From Cyanophora paradoxa CCMP329 (Eukaryota > Plantae > Glaucophyta), in assembly GCA_004431415.1 (NCBI GenBank), contig QPMI01000127.1, positions 124,001 to 188,000 on the forward strand: 64,000 nucleotides of DNA, given 5' to 3'. Within the stretch, counting starts at the first letter, position 1, and each line of letters begins with the position of its first letter. A model generated the notes under the pieces. The model searched no databases. It was not told where the DNA came from and saw only the letters and a program-made list of their open reading frames with translations. Both the position numbers and the translations under genes were made by a program. This document shows, piece by piece, positions 12,441 through 25,874 of the stretch.

Positions 12441-13243
12441 ATTCTGTTTAAGCGATTCGCAAGCTCTGTGCATGCGCCTGGCCGCGAGAACCTTGCCCCT
12501 CCCGGGCCTCCCTCTCAACAATATTATATATAATTCATCTCCTCTAATCTCAACCTGCTCCGGCCTCCCTTTATTTCCTCAGTACATTAATATTCCTCTA
12601 GTTATATTCCTCTAGCCGGCCAGCGGTAGCTGGACTGGCCGTCAGCCGGCCAGCTTCCAACCAGAAAGCTGTTCGCGATCGGCCAGGCCGCTGGCCAGTG
12701 CCCTATAGGCCTACTGTGACAGCCGCGAGGGCGTCCGCGAGGCTTCGCCGTACTTAGTGCTCCGCAGGAGCACGGATCTTGTTCATCAATTATATCAATT
12801 GTTCATAAAAAATTATTCCGGCGAGAGTCACTGAATGTTTTGGTTGCATCATTTGATTGCGATCCAACCGTCGGAACTTCAAAGGCTTTCAGGCCAAATG
12901 ATGCAGTCAACTTTGAGAAGACAAGCTCAATCTTTAAGAAGATCAAGAGATTCGGGGCGCCGGCCCCCGGTCCCCGGGCCGGGCCGCACCATCAGCGCAG
13001 GTCACAAGCTGCGCAAGCGCACTGCGGCAAGTTGAAGGCCTGCAGTCAACATTGACGCGAACTTCGGAAGGAGCGCAGCTACAGCTATAGCGCTATAGGC
13101 TGTGACCGTCGGACGCAGCCCATCGATCCTAGCTCTAGCCCTCAGCGGCTAGCAGAACTAGAGCGCGCTGCGGCAGCAGCGGTGTACAGGGCCGTAGACG
13201 TATACGTAGAGAGCGCGCAAGGCGCCCAGGAACAGCCAGCAAG

Positions 13244-16200
13244 ATGGCGATCGTGCGCCCGTCCCGCCTTTGTAAAAGCCTGCGAATGCGCGGTACTCTA
13301 GATCAAAATCTCGCAATGCGTGGCGTGAACGTATATGCGCCGCGCGTGGCGGCGTCCGGCCGCGCATGGCAGGCCGGGTCCGCGCCGGCCGGGTCTAGTC
13401 TTGTCCCCCGGCCCGCGGGATTAATATTCCTTGCCATGAAATTCGAATCGAAATGCCGCCGCCCCCGCCGAGGGATTAAATATTGCGCTTCTTTGGAACG
13501 CTGACCGTGTCTTGTTTGCGGTATGCGCAGTACATGATGCCCGGCGACTATGTGAGTAAAGATCCCCATACGTTCAGCAATGCGCTCCCAGCGCTAGCGC
13601 CAGCGGCGCCACTGACTCCGGATCCCTGCCGCGCAGACGTACATTATGGTTATTGGAGTTATCTTGTCTTTCATCGACGCTTATGCAATTGTGCGCTTCC
13701 GTTTACGATCACGATCAGCTGCTACATATATATAGCTATACGATCATAGGCTCAATAGAACAATTTAACTATATAAACTGTATCTTTATATTCGATATCA
13801 GCCCATGGCCATGGCCAGATGCCATGATATCGAGTTTGATGCTTCAAAGCGCTCTGAATTCCATATATATCTCCTCGCGATCGAGCTCATTTCGCCTTGT
13901 GTAATTTGCGATTGCAGGGAGCGAACGACGTCGCCAACTCGTTCGCCAACGCCGTCGCTGCGAAGACGATCTCTCTTCGCATGGCAAGCGGCATCGCAAT
14001 ATTCGCGGAATTCTTGGGAGCCTTCTTGGTGCGCTTGCACGTGTTTCTTGTGTACACGTTAGCTCGCAGCTGCAAATGCAATATATAATAGCACTGGCTC
14101 ACGCGCGGATGTTTGAATACGTATACACAGCTGGGTAAAGCTACGGGCGAAACGTTGAAGGGCGGCCTGGTGAAGCCCATCCGCTTCGCCGACGACCAGC
14201 CGATCCTCATGCTCGCAATGCAATGCTCCCTGATCGGCTCGTCGTTCTTCATCAGTGCGCGCCACCTCAGCCAGCAGACTTAAGCCCCCCGCGTCCGGCC
14301 CCCGGCCCCCGGCCACTCATTTTAAATTTAAACGCTATATTATTTTACCTCATCTCATTTGACGCCGTTCAGTGTCCGCCACGTACTTTGGCATGCCGGT
14401 GTCCACCACGCACGCCATCGTCGGGGCTATCATCGGTGCGCCGCCGCTCTAGATCTCGCACGCGCGTTTGTGCATGCGAGCCTGCAGCTGGGCAATTAAT
14501 ATTCTGACTGCGGCCGTCAACGTTCCTAGGCACCGGCGTCGCGGCCTTCGGCGGAGACGCTGTAAACTGGTGCGCCGCAGCCGGCGACGACGTCGACGTC
14601 GACGTCGACGTCGCCCTCGCGATCGTGCGAGTCTAATTTCGAGCATCTGCTAATGCCATGCACGTTCAGGGGCTGGGAGAACAAGGGCGTCGCTCAGATC
14701 GTGGCCTCGTGGTTCATCTCGCCCGCCATCGCCGCGGCCATCGCGGTCGTCGTCTTCATCATCACCAAGAAGGCCGTCCTCGAGCGCAAGAACAGCTTCC
14801 GCTTCGGCCTCATCCAGATCCCTATCTTCAGTGCGCACGCGTCGACGTCAGCACACGCGCACGTTGAATATACATAATTATTAAACATAACAAGCTTGCA
14901 AAAAATGTACCGGTACCGCGCCTCGTTCTCACTGCATCGTTCGCGCGCAGTCTCGGTGACCCTCTTCATCAACCTGTACTTCATCATGACCAAGGGCATG
15001 GTCAGTCGGCGCCGGCGCTGACGTCCCTCGTTCTCATTCGAATCCTGTTTTCCCGACCGCGCCCTTCGCTCAGCCCAAGCTCGACCTCGTGGGCTCTGGC
15101 ATGTACACGGAAGGCCAGATCGCCGGTGCGCCAGCTCCTGCTGCTGCAGCGCCTCCTACCTGCATACCTGCACCTGCGCTGCGGGTTCTATTTCAGCTCA
15201 TGCGTTCGAATTCTGTCGCAGGTATTGCATGGGCAGTGGCGATCGGCGCTGGTTGCATTATGGGCGCTGGCGTCATCTACTGGGCCAAGTCGACCCTTGA
15301 CAAGAAGTACATCATGGGCGAGAATGGGCGCCACGTGCTGAACCCCGAGTACGTCGCGGCCATCCAAAAGAAGTTAGACGAGGCCAAGGCGAAGGCGGCG
15401 GCGAAGATCGAGGTCTCGGCCGCCAAGGTCTCGCCTGCGCATGCTCTGGGCGCGTTCTCGAGCGCCGACGACTCCGAAGACGTTGGCAAGCGCGCCGACG
15501 GGGGCGACCTGAAGCGCGCTCACAGCGAGAGCCCCGCAAGCGCCCCGAAGGGCGCCTCGACGTTCAAGGACGTCCTCCTCGCGTCGTTCACCAAGGCCAA
15601 GAAGGCGGCCCTCCGCGGCGTGGACGTCGACGTCGTCTCTGTCGGCGAGGAGCTCGCCCACCTGCAGACATCCGCCGCCGAGTACGACCCCAAGACGGAG
15701 GACCTCTTCAAGCTGTGCCAGGTCATCACTTGCACCTTCAACTCGTTCGCGCACGGCGCCAACGACGTCGCCAACGCCATGGGGCCGGTCAGCGCGGCAT
15801 CAATATTAATTGCGATTTTGGCTCTAATTTTTATAATCGCTTACGCTATAGCCACTGACCTCGAGCTCCGGATACTGGCAGTTCTCGACCATCTTCGTGA
15901 TCTGGCAGGCGGGCAGCAACTACATGTGCGACGGCTCGCGCGACAACCGCTGCTGGGCGGTCGCCAAGCCCGTGACCGAGATTGAGCCCTGGATTCTCGC
16001 GTACGGAGGCGGCGCGATCGTCGTCGGCCTCATCACTTACGGCTACAACATCGTGAGCGTTTCTGCACGTGATCGATATCGTGATCGTATAATATACGTA
16101 AATCTAAACTTTATTCATCTGTGTTTAATTTTTCGCCAGATGAAAACGCTCGGCAACCACATGACAACCGTGACGCCGTCCCGCGGCTACGCGATGGAAC

Positions 16201-16675
16201 TTGGCTCGTCCATTTCAGTTATTTTCGCGTCGGCCATGGGCTGGCCTGTGTCGACCACCCAATGCATCACGGTGCGCACGACGGGTGTTGCAATTGCCGC
16301 ATACATTGCTATTTGCATTGAAATGCAGATGATTGATGCTTGATTGCTCAGGGGGCAACTGCGGGAGTCGGGGTCGTTGGCGCGAAGGATAGGGCGGCTG
16401 TCGGCAAGGCTGTCAACTGGAAGCTCTTTATGCGTGCTGTCTTCTCCTGGATGCTCACGCTCCCTTGCGCGGGCCTTACGGCTGCGTTCATCTTTGCTTA
16501 CGTCGGCTACTCCCCGGCTGTCTGGGCGGTGCGCGCGCTTCAAGGCTTCCGAATCGCAGTTTTCGCTGCATATACGTGGTCGCTGATTTAAGACCGGTAC
16601 CACTCGCAGACCAACCAGAAGACGGTCTCGTTCTACGAGACCCTCGACTACGACGTCAAGTGGTCCCCCATCTAA
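13244..16675 (+). CDS. PiT/PHO4-family inorganic phosphate transporter, many small exons; start uncertain (13244-13535)
   Basis: Both PiT signature repeats are present: GANDVANSF and FAHGANDVANAMGP, plus MPVSTTHAIVGAIIG, SWFISP, TPSRGYAMELG, GWPVSTTQCIT and VNWKLF...SWMLTLP. Confidence 0.95.
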
Positions 16676-17039
16676 TTATAAGCGCTCTCCAGTGCAGATC
16701 TAGAAACGCAGATCTAGAAGTAGTTGCAGATCTAGATATCCGGAGGCCATCACGACTCGGCGATCACAGGTTTTCGTGCGATCATTAATTTTACTATTTC
16801 AGCCTGGCAGGGGCATCGTATGATATCGCGATCGATCCTCGTTATTGATCCTAATTAAGAGTTTTAGTACTTACGACGGTCATGATCAATTGCAAGGCCC
16901 ACTAATTATAATGTATAGCTCAGCTCATGATCAGCGCTGTAGTTCAGGAATCCACGCAGTGTACATGTTTCAATTTTGTGCAATGCGGCATGTAATGAAA
17001 TATACAGAACGTTCAAAACATCGGGCGCTAGCTCCGGCC

Positions 17040-17634
17040 TTATTGCTCCACGCTGAACTCGATGCGAGCCGAGGGGAGGGCGCGGGCCACAGCTGCCCGC
17101 GCGGCCTTCAGCTTGTTGGCCTGGAGACGGCGCCGGCCAGCGGGGCGAACGTGGACCTGCTGGCGCTCTCAAATACACGCGAGATTCGCCAGTGCGGGCG
17201 GGGCCCCCCGCGCGCGTGCTCGCGCGGACCTCGATCTCCTTTGCGCAGTTGGCGAAGGCGGCGAGGGGGTCCAGCCATACGCCCGCCCGGGCCGGCTCGA
17301 GATCTGGATCGCTGGCGCTGACATTCAAGACGAGGCGGTGGGGCGGGGCGGCCGCGAGCGCGCGCGCCGCCGCGAGCGCCGCGAGGCGGCCCCGCTCGCG
17401 ATCCAGGTCGAGCGGCATGCGGAGGGAGAGGCGCCCCCGCGCCGCGCCGGCCAGCGCCGCCAGCGCATCCGCCGGAGGCGTCGCGTCTGTCGGAGGCGTC
17501 TCAGGGGAGCGGGCGGGGGCGCGAGGGTGGGGGTGGGGCGTGGGGCGTGGCGGTGGAGGTGGGGGGTGGTGGGTGGGTGGGGGGGGGGGTAGGGGGTGGG
17601 GGTGGGGGGGGGGGGGGTGGGGTGGGTGGTGTGT

Positions 17635-17665
<31 letters not shown>

Positions 17666-19235
17666 GGGGAAGAGAGGAGATGCGGCGTACTTCGAGTCGC
17701 CGATAAAGGGTGCACGCACCGAGCCACAGCTCGAGTTCGGCGATGGAGGAGGAGCGCACGAGGGCCGCCGCGAGCCGGCGAGCTGCTCGCCGGCGCGCCC
17801 CGCGTCGATGCGCAGCGGCCCGAGGCCCCGCAGCGCCGCGCAGGAGCCGAGGCCCGCCGCCTCCTCCTCGCCCATGTCCGACGCGAGCTGCCGGGCAGGA
17901 AGCTCAAGCGCACGGTCGGGGGGCGGGGGGCGGGGGCGGGGGCGGGGGCGGGGCGGGCCTTGAACCAGCCGACCCCCTTGACGGGGTGGAGGCGCTCGAG
18001 GGCGGCGAGGCGCGGCAGGGCGCGCAGGGCCGCCCCCGCGAGCGGCCCCGCTGGGCACCGGAGCCTGCCGGCCGAGGATCGGAAGCCCATTGTCAGCGGC
18101 GCGACCGACCGCGAAATCGATCGCGTACGCGCACTCTCTGAGGGAGGAGGCGGCGGGGCCGGCGGCGAGGCTGGCGAGGAGCGCGCCGGGGCCGTCGCCG
18201 GGCTCCACGGCGAAGGCCTCGAACTCGAGGTGCTGGAGGGAAGGGAGCGCGCCGAGGCGAGCGCCCTCGCCGGGGCTCCGCGCGCAGACCCTAAGCTGCC
18301 GGCGCCGCGGGCATCGGATTCGGAGCCGGAGCCGGCGCCGCTATCCGATCCGGGGCGCGGGCGCGGGCGGACCTGTACGAGGGAGCGGAGGGATGCCAGG
18401 CCGGCAGCGTCGCCCTTTTCCCGCAAATTGATCCTAAGCTGCGCCCACGAGCTCATGATCGAGGAGCAAGCGAGAAGCGGGGCGGGGCGGGGCGGACCCG
18501 CTGGAGGCGCGGGAGGCGGCGGGCCAGCGCGGCGATGGCGGATCCGCTGGCGCGGCAGCAGGCGGGGAGGAGGAGGGTCTCGAGGCTGGGGAAGGGGCGG
18601 AGGAGCTCGTCGAAGCCGGCGGGGAATACGTGGCACTCGCTGTCCTTGACGTTCTTGCGCAGGCCGAGGCTCCGGAGCGCGGGGCAGGCGGCGGCGCCCG
18701 GCGGGACGAGGCAGGGCAGCAGGCCGAGGACGCAGCTCTCCATTCGGGCGCTGGAAGGAAACACGACGTCGACGGCGCCGAGGCCGCCGCTCGCCGCTGT
18801 GCACGCCGATAAGAGCGGCAGGATGGCGTCCCAAGGGCCGCACGCCGCACGCAGGCGCAGCGAGGCGCCGGAAGCCACGCGGATCCAGCGCCGGTCGCGG
18901 CGCCGTCCCGCGCCGGCGCCACATGCATATGCATGCATATGGCCAGCTGCAGCTGGCGCTGCCGGATCGCACTCCTGGCCGTTCCCCCCGCTCAGAATGC
19001 CGGCGAGCATGTCTGCTTCTTCCGGTTCCAGAAAAGAGACGTCCAGGCGGCGCCAGACGACCGCCTCGGCCGCATCGCGCCAGCGGCGGCAGACACCGCG
19101 AGCGACGGCCGCGCTCTGCAGGCCGAGACATTCGAGGACGTGCGAGAGAACACCATCTGGGAGCTGGCCGAATTCGAACGGCGACGCCGGTGCCGGCGCC
19201 GCTTGTCCCAGCACAGAACGCGAGGCGCGGGACAT
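17040..19235 (-). CDS. F-box protein with Leu-rich (LRR-like) C-terminal region, paralogue of 45193-47293
   Basis: FGQLPDGVLSHVLECLGLQSAAVARGVCRRWRDAA is an F-box pattern, followed by CPALRSLGL, FPSLETLLL and LPRLAALERL repeats. Confidence 0.75.
17525..17670. repeat. G-rich / (GT)n low-complexity tract inside an intron
   Basis: Long G runs, GGGT units and (gt)n. Confidence 0.85.
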
Positions 19236-19586
19236 CGCTCGTGCAAGAGCGCTCCGAGCGCTGCGGCGGCAGCGCCGGCCGAGCGCGACGTCGACTGATT
19301 GACCTCCGTACTTTTGAGCTTCGGTAAGTCCCTGTACCCTAAAAAAAAGTCGGGCGTCGCTGTACCCCTCGCGAGAAGAGGCAGCGTGTGTCATGATCAC
19401 ATGTACAGTGTATCCTCTTCCATATATAGGCGGCGTCCCAGCCAGCTGCATGCGCAGGCCCAAGGTAATCCGAAAGAAAACTCCCCATGCCCCCTCGAGC
19501 TCCCCATCCCAATTAAATATAAATATTGGCCAAGCCCTGCGGCGCAGGCGCCTTCGCTATGCTTGCTTCGATTCACTGAGTCATGA

Positions 19587-21157
19587 TCACGCAGGGTCGG
19601 CGTCGGGCGTGCCGGGGCCGGCGCCGAGGAAGGCGATGGAGGCGGCGGGGAGGGCGGCGGGGAGGGCGCGGCGGGCGGCGGCTCGCAGGCCCGCGTCAGC
19701 GACAGAGAGGTCCACCTCGAGGCGCAGGCCGCAGGCGGAGCCCGGGCCCGGGCCCGGGCCCGGCCACGCGCGGCCCGCCAGGGGCGCCAGCTGGAGCAGG
19801 GACTCCAGGTGGGGGTACAGGCCCACGTAGCCGGCGAGGCGGAGCCGGGAGAGGCGGGGGCCGGCCGCGGCGAGGGCGGCGGAGAGGGCGGGGGGTACGG
19901 GGGCGTCCAGCAGGAGCTCGCAGTCGCGCAGGGCGGTGGCGGCCGCCGCCGCGAGGGGCGCGAGGAGATTCGGGGCCCGGAAGGACACGGCGTGGAGGTG
20001 CAGGTCGAGGGTACCCCCCCGGAGGGCGGGCGAGGCGCGGAGGGCGTCGCAGAGACCCTCGATGCGCTCGGGGGTACCGACGCTCGTGACGCGGAGGAGG
20101 CGGAGGCGGGGGAGGGAGCCCAGGGCGGCCACGTCCCCCCGGTCCGCGTCCGCCGCGAACTGGGGTACGCTGAGCGAGGCGGGGGGGTACGGGGGAACGG
20201 GCGCGGACCGAGATGTACCCCCGGAGCTCCTCGAGGGCGCGGAGGGAGGCGAGGGCGCGGAGGGAGGGCCCGGAGAGGAAGACGCAGAGGGGGCGCTCTG
20301 GGGTTGAGCAGGGGCTGCGGGCGGAGGGGGGTATGAGGACAGCGGCGGGGGGAGGAAAGCCAAGGGAGGTACTCGGTGTCGAGGAAGCGGAGGGTCTCGC
20401 CGGGGCGGCCGGCGGCGAGGGCGGCGAGGGCGCGGGCGCCGTCGACGAGGAACAGGCGCTTGGCGTCGTGCAGGGCGACCTCCTCCAGCGCGAGGGGCGC
20501 GAGGGCGGCCGCGGCGGGGGCCGAGGCGACGGCGGCGGCGAGGCGGCGGAGGCGCGGGGCGGAGGCGGCGAGCGCCTCGGCGGCGGGCGGGTCAAGAACG
20601 GCGCCCTCGGGCAGCCGCAGCTCCTCCAGGGACCCGAGCGGCGCGAGGAGCTCCCGCAGGTCGCGCGCCGCGGGCCAGGGCTCCCCGGCCCGCGGCAGCG
20701 GCGCCGCGGCGCCGGGCGCGCCGTCGAGGCGGAGCGCCCGCAGGCGCGCGGGGCAGCAGGCGCGGGACGCGCGGGAGAGGCCGGCGAGCCACGCCTGCGA
20801 GGGCGCGAGTCCGGGGCCGAGGCGCAGGGCGACCTCGACGACGACGGCGCCGCTCCGCGCGAGGGCGCGCAGCAGCTCCGCGAGCCGCTCGCAGTGCTCG
20901 TCGCCGGGCTGCGCTCCTACGTCCGCTGCAGTGACGCCGAGCCGGACAGCGAAGTCGCCGCGGGGGCGGCGGGCGCCGACCGGGAGGGCCGCGAGCCGTG
21001 CGGCCGCAGCGGGCGAGACGTCGAGCGCGAACGGACGCCACTCGATCGCCTCGATGACATCCCGCCACTCGCGGCAGACGCCCCGCAGGCGCCACGCTTC
21101 CGGGCCGCCCAGCTCGCCCAGCGTCCGCGCGAGGAGCTCGTGCGGCAGGCCCAGCAT
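19587..21157 (-). CDS. F-box protein with LRR-like repeats
   Basis: MLGLPHELLARTLGELGGPEAWRLRGVCREWRDVI is an F-box, followed by LRALRL, SLEELRL, PRLRRL, TLRFLD and LPRLRLLRV repeats. Two short introns are inferred. Confidence 0.75.
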
Positions 21158-22255
21158 GGCTCGGGACCAGTGCGCGATCCGAGCTGCTGATCGAAGCCGC
21201 TGTGGTGCTGCGTACGCGTCGCGGTGCGCGGGCAGGCCCTGAGGCGTCGGCCGCGGTACCGGTCAGCTCGTCTAACGTTGATACTTGCTATAATGCGGTT
21301 GAGATTGCGCACACGCACCGTCGGCGTGTACAGGAAGGAACTGCAGCTGGGCGTATATATACGTATCGGTGCCCCCGCTAGCGCTATCGTACCCCCACCG
21401 TCCCTTAAACCCGTACCCCATGGCCAGGTGCTGCGGCTGCCGGCCGTGCCGGCGCCATGCATATGCCAGCTGCGCATGCATGCGCAGCTGCAGTGCCAGC
21501 CTGGCAGGCTATAGCTAGCGCTAGAGCTGAATCATGATCAATTATCATAGCTATAGTATCAAAGCCCTCCGGGGATCCGGATTACTAGTACTAGCTATAG
21601 AAGTCACACACTGAGTTATTGAATTTCGAAGGCCTCTAGATCTTCCCTTCCGAAATTCCCCGCGGCCCTGGCTATATATAGGCCTTGCAATTGGCCTATA
21701 CTATGATATATAACTAGGCCTGCCGCAGTGCGCATGCCATGGCCGGCCGCGGCGCCAGCGCTAGCTGCGCCGATCGCGCCGGCGCCGCGGCGAGGTCCGC
21801 TAGCGCTCCCGCACGCGCACGCCCCTACGTATATACCCCCCCCCCCCCCCCCCCCTCGCGATCGTGCGGGCCTCCCCCTCGATCGAACTCGCGATCGGCG
21901 CCGGCCTCCGGCTCCCCACCCTCTCGGACGACTCCGGCCCGGCCCCGTCCCACACAGCGCCCCCCGAGCTCCGGGGATCCGGGTCGCCCCCATTCTCGAG
22001 CGCCGCGGCGCGAGCTCGAGCTCGCGATCGCGCGCCCAACTTGGCAAGCTTAAGCTAATATATATGGATCCCCGGAATAAAGCCCCCATCCGAAACGACT
22101 CGGCGCCGGCGAAGGGCTTGCAATTGTTGCTCTGGCCGTACCACACGGCTTGCAATCAATGCCCCAGCCAACAACTCCCCGCCCTGCCAGCTGCAGGTAT
22201 TTGTATCATTACGTATACTTGTATTTACAATTGCCTGTAATCAGCTCTGGCGTCA

Positions 22256-25200
22256 CTAGCTATATGTTGGTATGCTGGGGAACCAAAAGGGCGGGGCGTC
22301 GGACTCGTTGTCGCCCGCCCTGCGGCTGTCGGGCCGGCTAGCGCTGCCGCTGGGGTACTGGGCATGCGCATGCGGCGGGCCGAGGCGCCAGCCTCCAGGG
22401 CGAGCGAAGCGGCTGGCGCCGGCGCCTGCATGCGGCGCCGGATGTGGCCATGGGGCGGGAGCAGCACGCGGAGGGGCGGGCGAGGGCGCGATGGGCGTGG
22501 GGTGGGCCCGCGGGGGCGCCCTCCGCTTGTGTTTGAGGCGGTGCGGGAGCTGCACGTGGAGGGGCGGGAGGGGGGGTACGTCGGGCTGGGGCGGGAAGGG
22601 CGAAGGCGCGATGGGGCGCAGCGGCGCGGGGGGCCGAGGGGAGGGGGCGACGCCAGAGCCGGGGACGAGCGGCGCCCACTGTGACGGAGGAGATCGGGAA
22701 GTGGGGCCCAGATCCGGCGTCGCCGGGCGGGAATCGGATTCGGATTTGAAGTGCGGGGCGCCGCCGGCGCCGGCGCCCGTCGCGCGCAGTGGCCGCCGCC
22801 CCAGCGGCGGGGAGGGGGTTTCGCCTTCGAATTCCGCCCCCGCGGTACCCGTCCGCGGCCGCGCGCGGGGCTTCGGCTCCAGAGGCAGGAACAACGCCTG
22901 GGCGGCCATCAGCGGAGACGAGAGCGGCGGCGGAGAGAAGCGGGGGTAGAGAAATAAATCTAGAGCTCAATTGCGGGGGCGAGCCTTCAAGGAGGCGTCG
23001 ACGTCGACAATCGGTTCATCTGCGAGCGACAGGCTCTCGCACCGAATGCCGACCTCCAGCGTAGAGCGGATCATCTCCTCCGCCTGCAATGGGGGTACAC
23101 TCTCAGCCAAGAGGGCGGTGACGAGCCGGGGGGCTGTGGGGGCGGGGTGGGCCTGGCGAAGGGCGGCGGCGTTGGGCGGCCTGAACGCTTTGATCACCTG
23201 CCCCCGGCCCAGCCGGATCACCCTCTCGGGCCGCAGGCCTCGCGACAGCTCCTCGCTCTGTTTCTCTACCTGTACCCCAGTGCGTCGGGCGGGTTGAGCG
23301 GGGGAGGGGCCTAGAGATAGCGAAAACATGTACCCCGAGGGTGCGGTAGTAGACGTCGTCGGAGAGAGAGCCGGATGCGAGCGTCGGGGAGAGCGGGGGC
23401 GGGGGGAAGGCGACGAAAGTCGCGGAGGGGGGTACACCGACACGGGCGCCGTCGCTGGGTTCATGATCGACGACGCGATCTCCATTGTCGAGCCAGTTGG
23501 GGATCAGCGGGACGGGCTGGCGGGCCCCGTCCTCATCCCTGTACCCCCCCTCGTCCTCAGACGAGCCAACGCGCTCGTAATCCTCGAGGGGGGCCGAGCT
23601 CCAGCGGAGGGGCGCCGACGCCGACCCGGAGGCGAAGCTCGGCGCGAAGCTCCCGGGGGCCCTCCGAAGCGGCGCCGCCGCCGCCGGCCCCATCTGCCGG
23701 CCCCGCGCGCGCGCCATATGCAATGAGCATGCGAACCGGCATCGCGCCGGCCGCGGGGGGAGGTGGGAGCCAGGAACGTAAACTCACGGCTGCGTAGGTG
23801 TTGAATGCGAGACGTTTCGCCCGAAGCCCCCCCCTCGCGATAAAGCGGCCCACAATCTGGGTGGTCACTAACGGGGCCGGGGTGCGGGCAATGTTCTCGA
23901 TCAGAGCGCAGATCTAAAATCCCTTGGCAGGGGTAGCACAGAGGGGTACAAGCGCACGCCAGTCCGGCATCCAGTTGCTAAAGCGGCGCTCGTAGTTTTG
24001 AAACGTCAGCCTGCACGCACAGGAGTTCAGCACTTGGCGAGAGAAGCCGCAAGTATTGAATTGAATTCAAGTTCAAGTCTGCACCGGCACTGGCCAGGGT
24101 GGTCGGGCATCGAGTCGGGCCGCGCCACATGCACGCGCATCATGAGAAGAGAGTGCATTCTGTCCTTGTACCCCCGCGTCGTCCTGAGGGGACAATCACG
24201 TTTGATCAGGAGTGGAAACGGAGCAAGGGCGGGAGAGGGATGGGAAAGAGGGGGGGAGGAGGGAGGCGGGGCGCGGATGGAGGAGGGAGAGGGGGAGAAG
24301 GCCGGGGGGGGGGAGGGGGGGGGGCGAAAGAGGGGCGGGGTTCAGCGCCCGCACCAGCCGTTGTTTTCGTCCAAGTCGCCAGCGACGAGGATCGCAAGGG
24401 CGGACCCGTCGGCGAGCCTACGGGGCCCCGAGTCGCGCGCGGAGGGCCGAGGGAATGCGGCGCGACGGGGGACGCGCCTGCGACACGCGAAAATCCGCAT
24501 AGATTCGACTCGAGCACCTGCCGGGGGAGCGTTCCGAAGTTCATTGTTGGGACGGGCGCGCGCCCCACTCGGCTCGGCGCGGGCCGGAGTGGGCCCTGCC
24601 CGGTCGTCCGGCGCGGAGCGCTCACCCAAGACGTGCGAGACGTGGCGCAGGCCCACAGTGCAACCCAGGCCGTCCTCGTCGTGTGTGTCCCGCGGCTCCA
24701 GCAGCGCCACCGGCTCCTCGCTCGCGCACGCTTCGGTGAGATACTGCCGCACCAGCTCGAGAAACCACATCTACGGAACAAGTGCCGCAGGTGCGCACCT
24801 TTGACGTAGGACGGGCGATGAGCATCCGGGCCGCCGGCCCCGGAGGAATCGGGTCCAGGTCCAATTCGACGCGGTAGAGGTAGTGCAGCTTGTCCAGCCG
24901 CCTGCGGACCCGGTGCAGCGATCAGCGCCGACGTTGGACCAGCGAGCGCGCGCGCTGTGGCATGCGCAAGCGAAAGAGGCGGGTCGGAACAGCGGCGCAC
25001 TTGCACTCGACGCGCGTATCCGAGTGCCTGCGTGCACACGCGCATGCGCGCGCGCATGCACATGGCGTCACCGGCCGCGGCCGCGGCCGTCGGGGGCGGG
25101 AACTCGGGCGTAGCGCACCGCAGGAGCAGCTTCAACTCGTTGGAGTCAACGGCGAGCAGCCGCACGGCGTCATCGATCGTCTGCGCATGTGCGCGAAGAG

Positions 25201-25368
25201 CGGGTGTCACGGACGCCGCGCGCGTGGCTCGGGTCGAGCGCCGGCGGCCGCGGGACGCGCCTCGCGGAGGGCGGCCTTGTCGAAAGGGACCACCGGGACG
25301 CCCTCGAACGACGGCAGCGGCCCGAAGACGGCCGCGGCCGCGGGCGCCTCCTTCGCCGCGGCCGGCAT
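22256..25368 (-). CDS. Unknown multi-exon gene family, tandem copy 1
   Basis: Starts MPAAAKEAPAAAAVFGPLPSFEGVP. Exon blocks are conserved with copies 2 and 3 while the introns diverge. Confidence 0.65.
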
Positions 25369-25874
25369 CGAGCCGCGCGCCCCGCCAGCTGCAGACCTGA
25401 CTCCGGGAGTCCGGCCGCGGGACAGCCGCGCCCCCGAAGCCGCCGCCAGCTGCGGCGCAAGGCGAGCTTCGGTCTGTAACCCGGCCGGTTCGCTGGATCC
25501 GGAGCTAAAGAGTACTCCTATGTGTGGCGCGTGCCACGCGTACGGTGCACAGAATGCCACACATGTACTCACGTGCTGTTGCTGGCTAGCTGAGCGCAGC
25601 TATAGGAGCGCTACTTGTACAGTTGTACTGCGGCTAGTTGCAAGTTGAAAGTTGCGCTAGCGCTAGCTGGGGTATAGCTACATAGCGCCATATGCATCGC
25701 GATCGGAGCCCCGGCCCGATCGATATCGATCGCGAGCTGGACTCGAGGGGCCGGGGTACCAACCGTACCAAATCACCGCCCAACACTGACATTAATATTC
25801 TAGATCTGCCGCAGTGCAGCGCTAGCTATATAGCTGCCAGGCTGCTGCATGTTGAAGTCTTGAATGTCACTGAG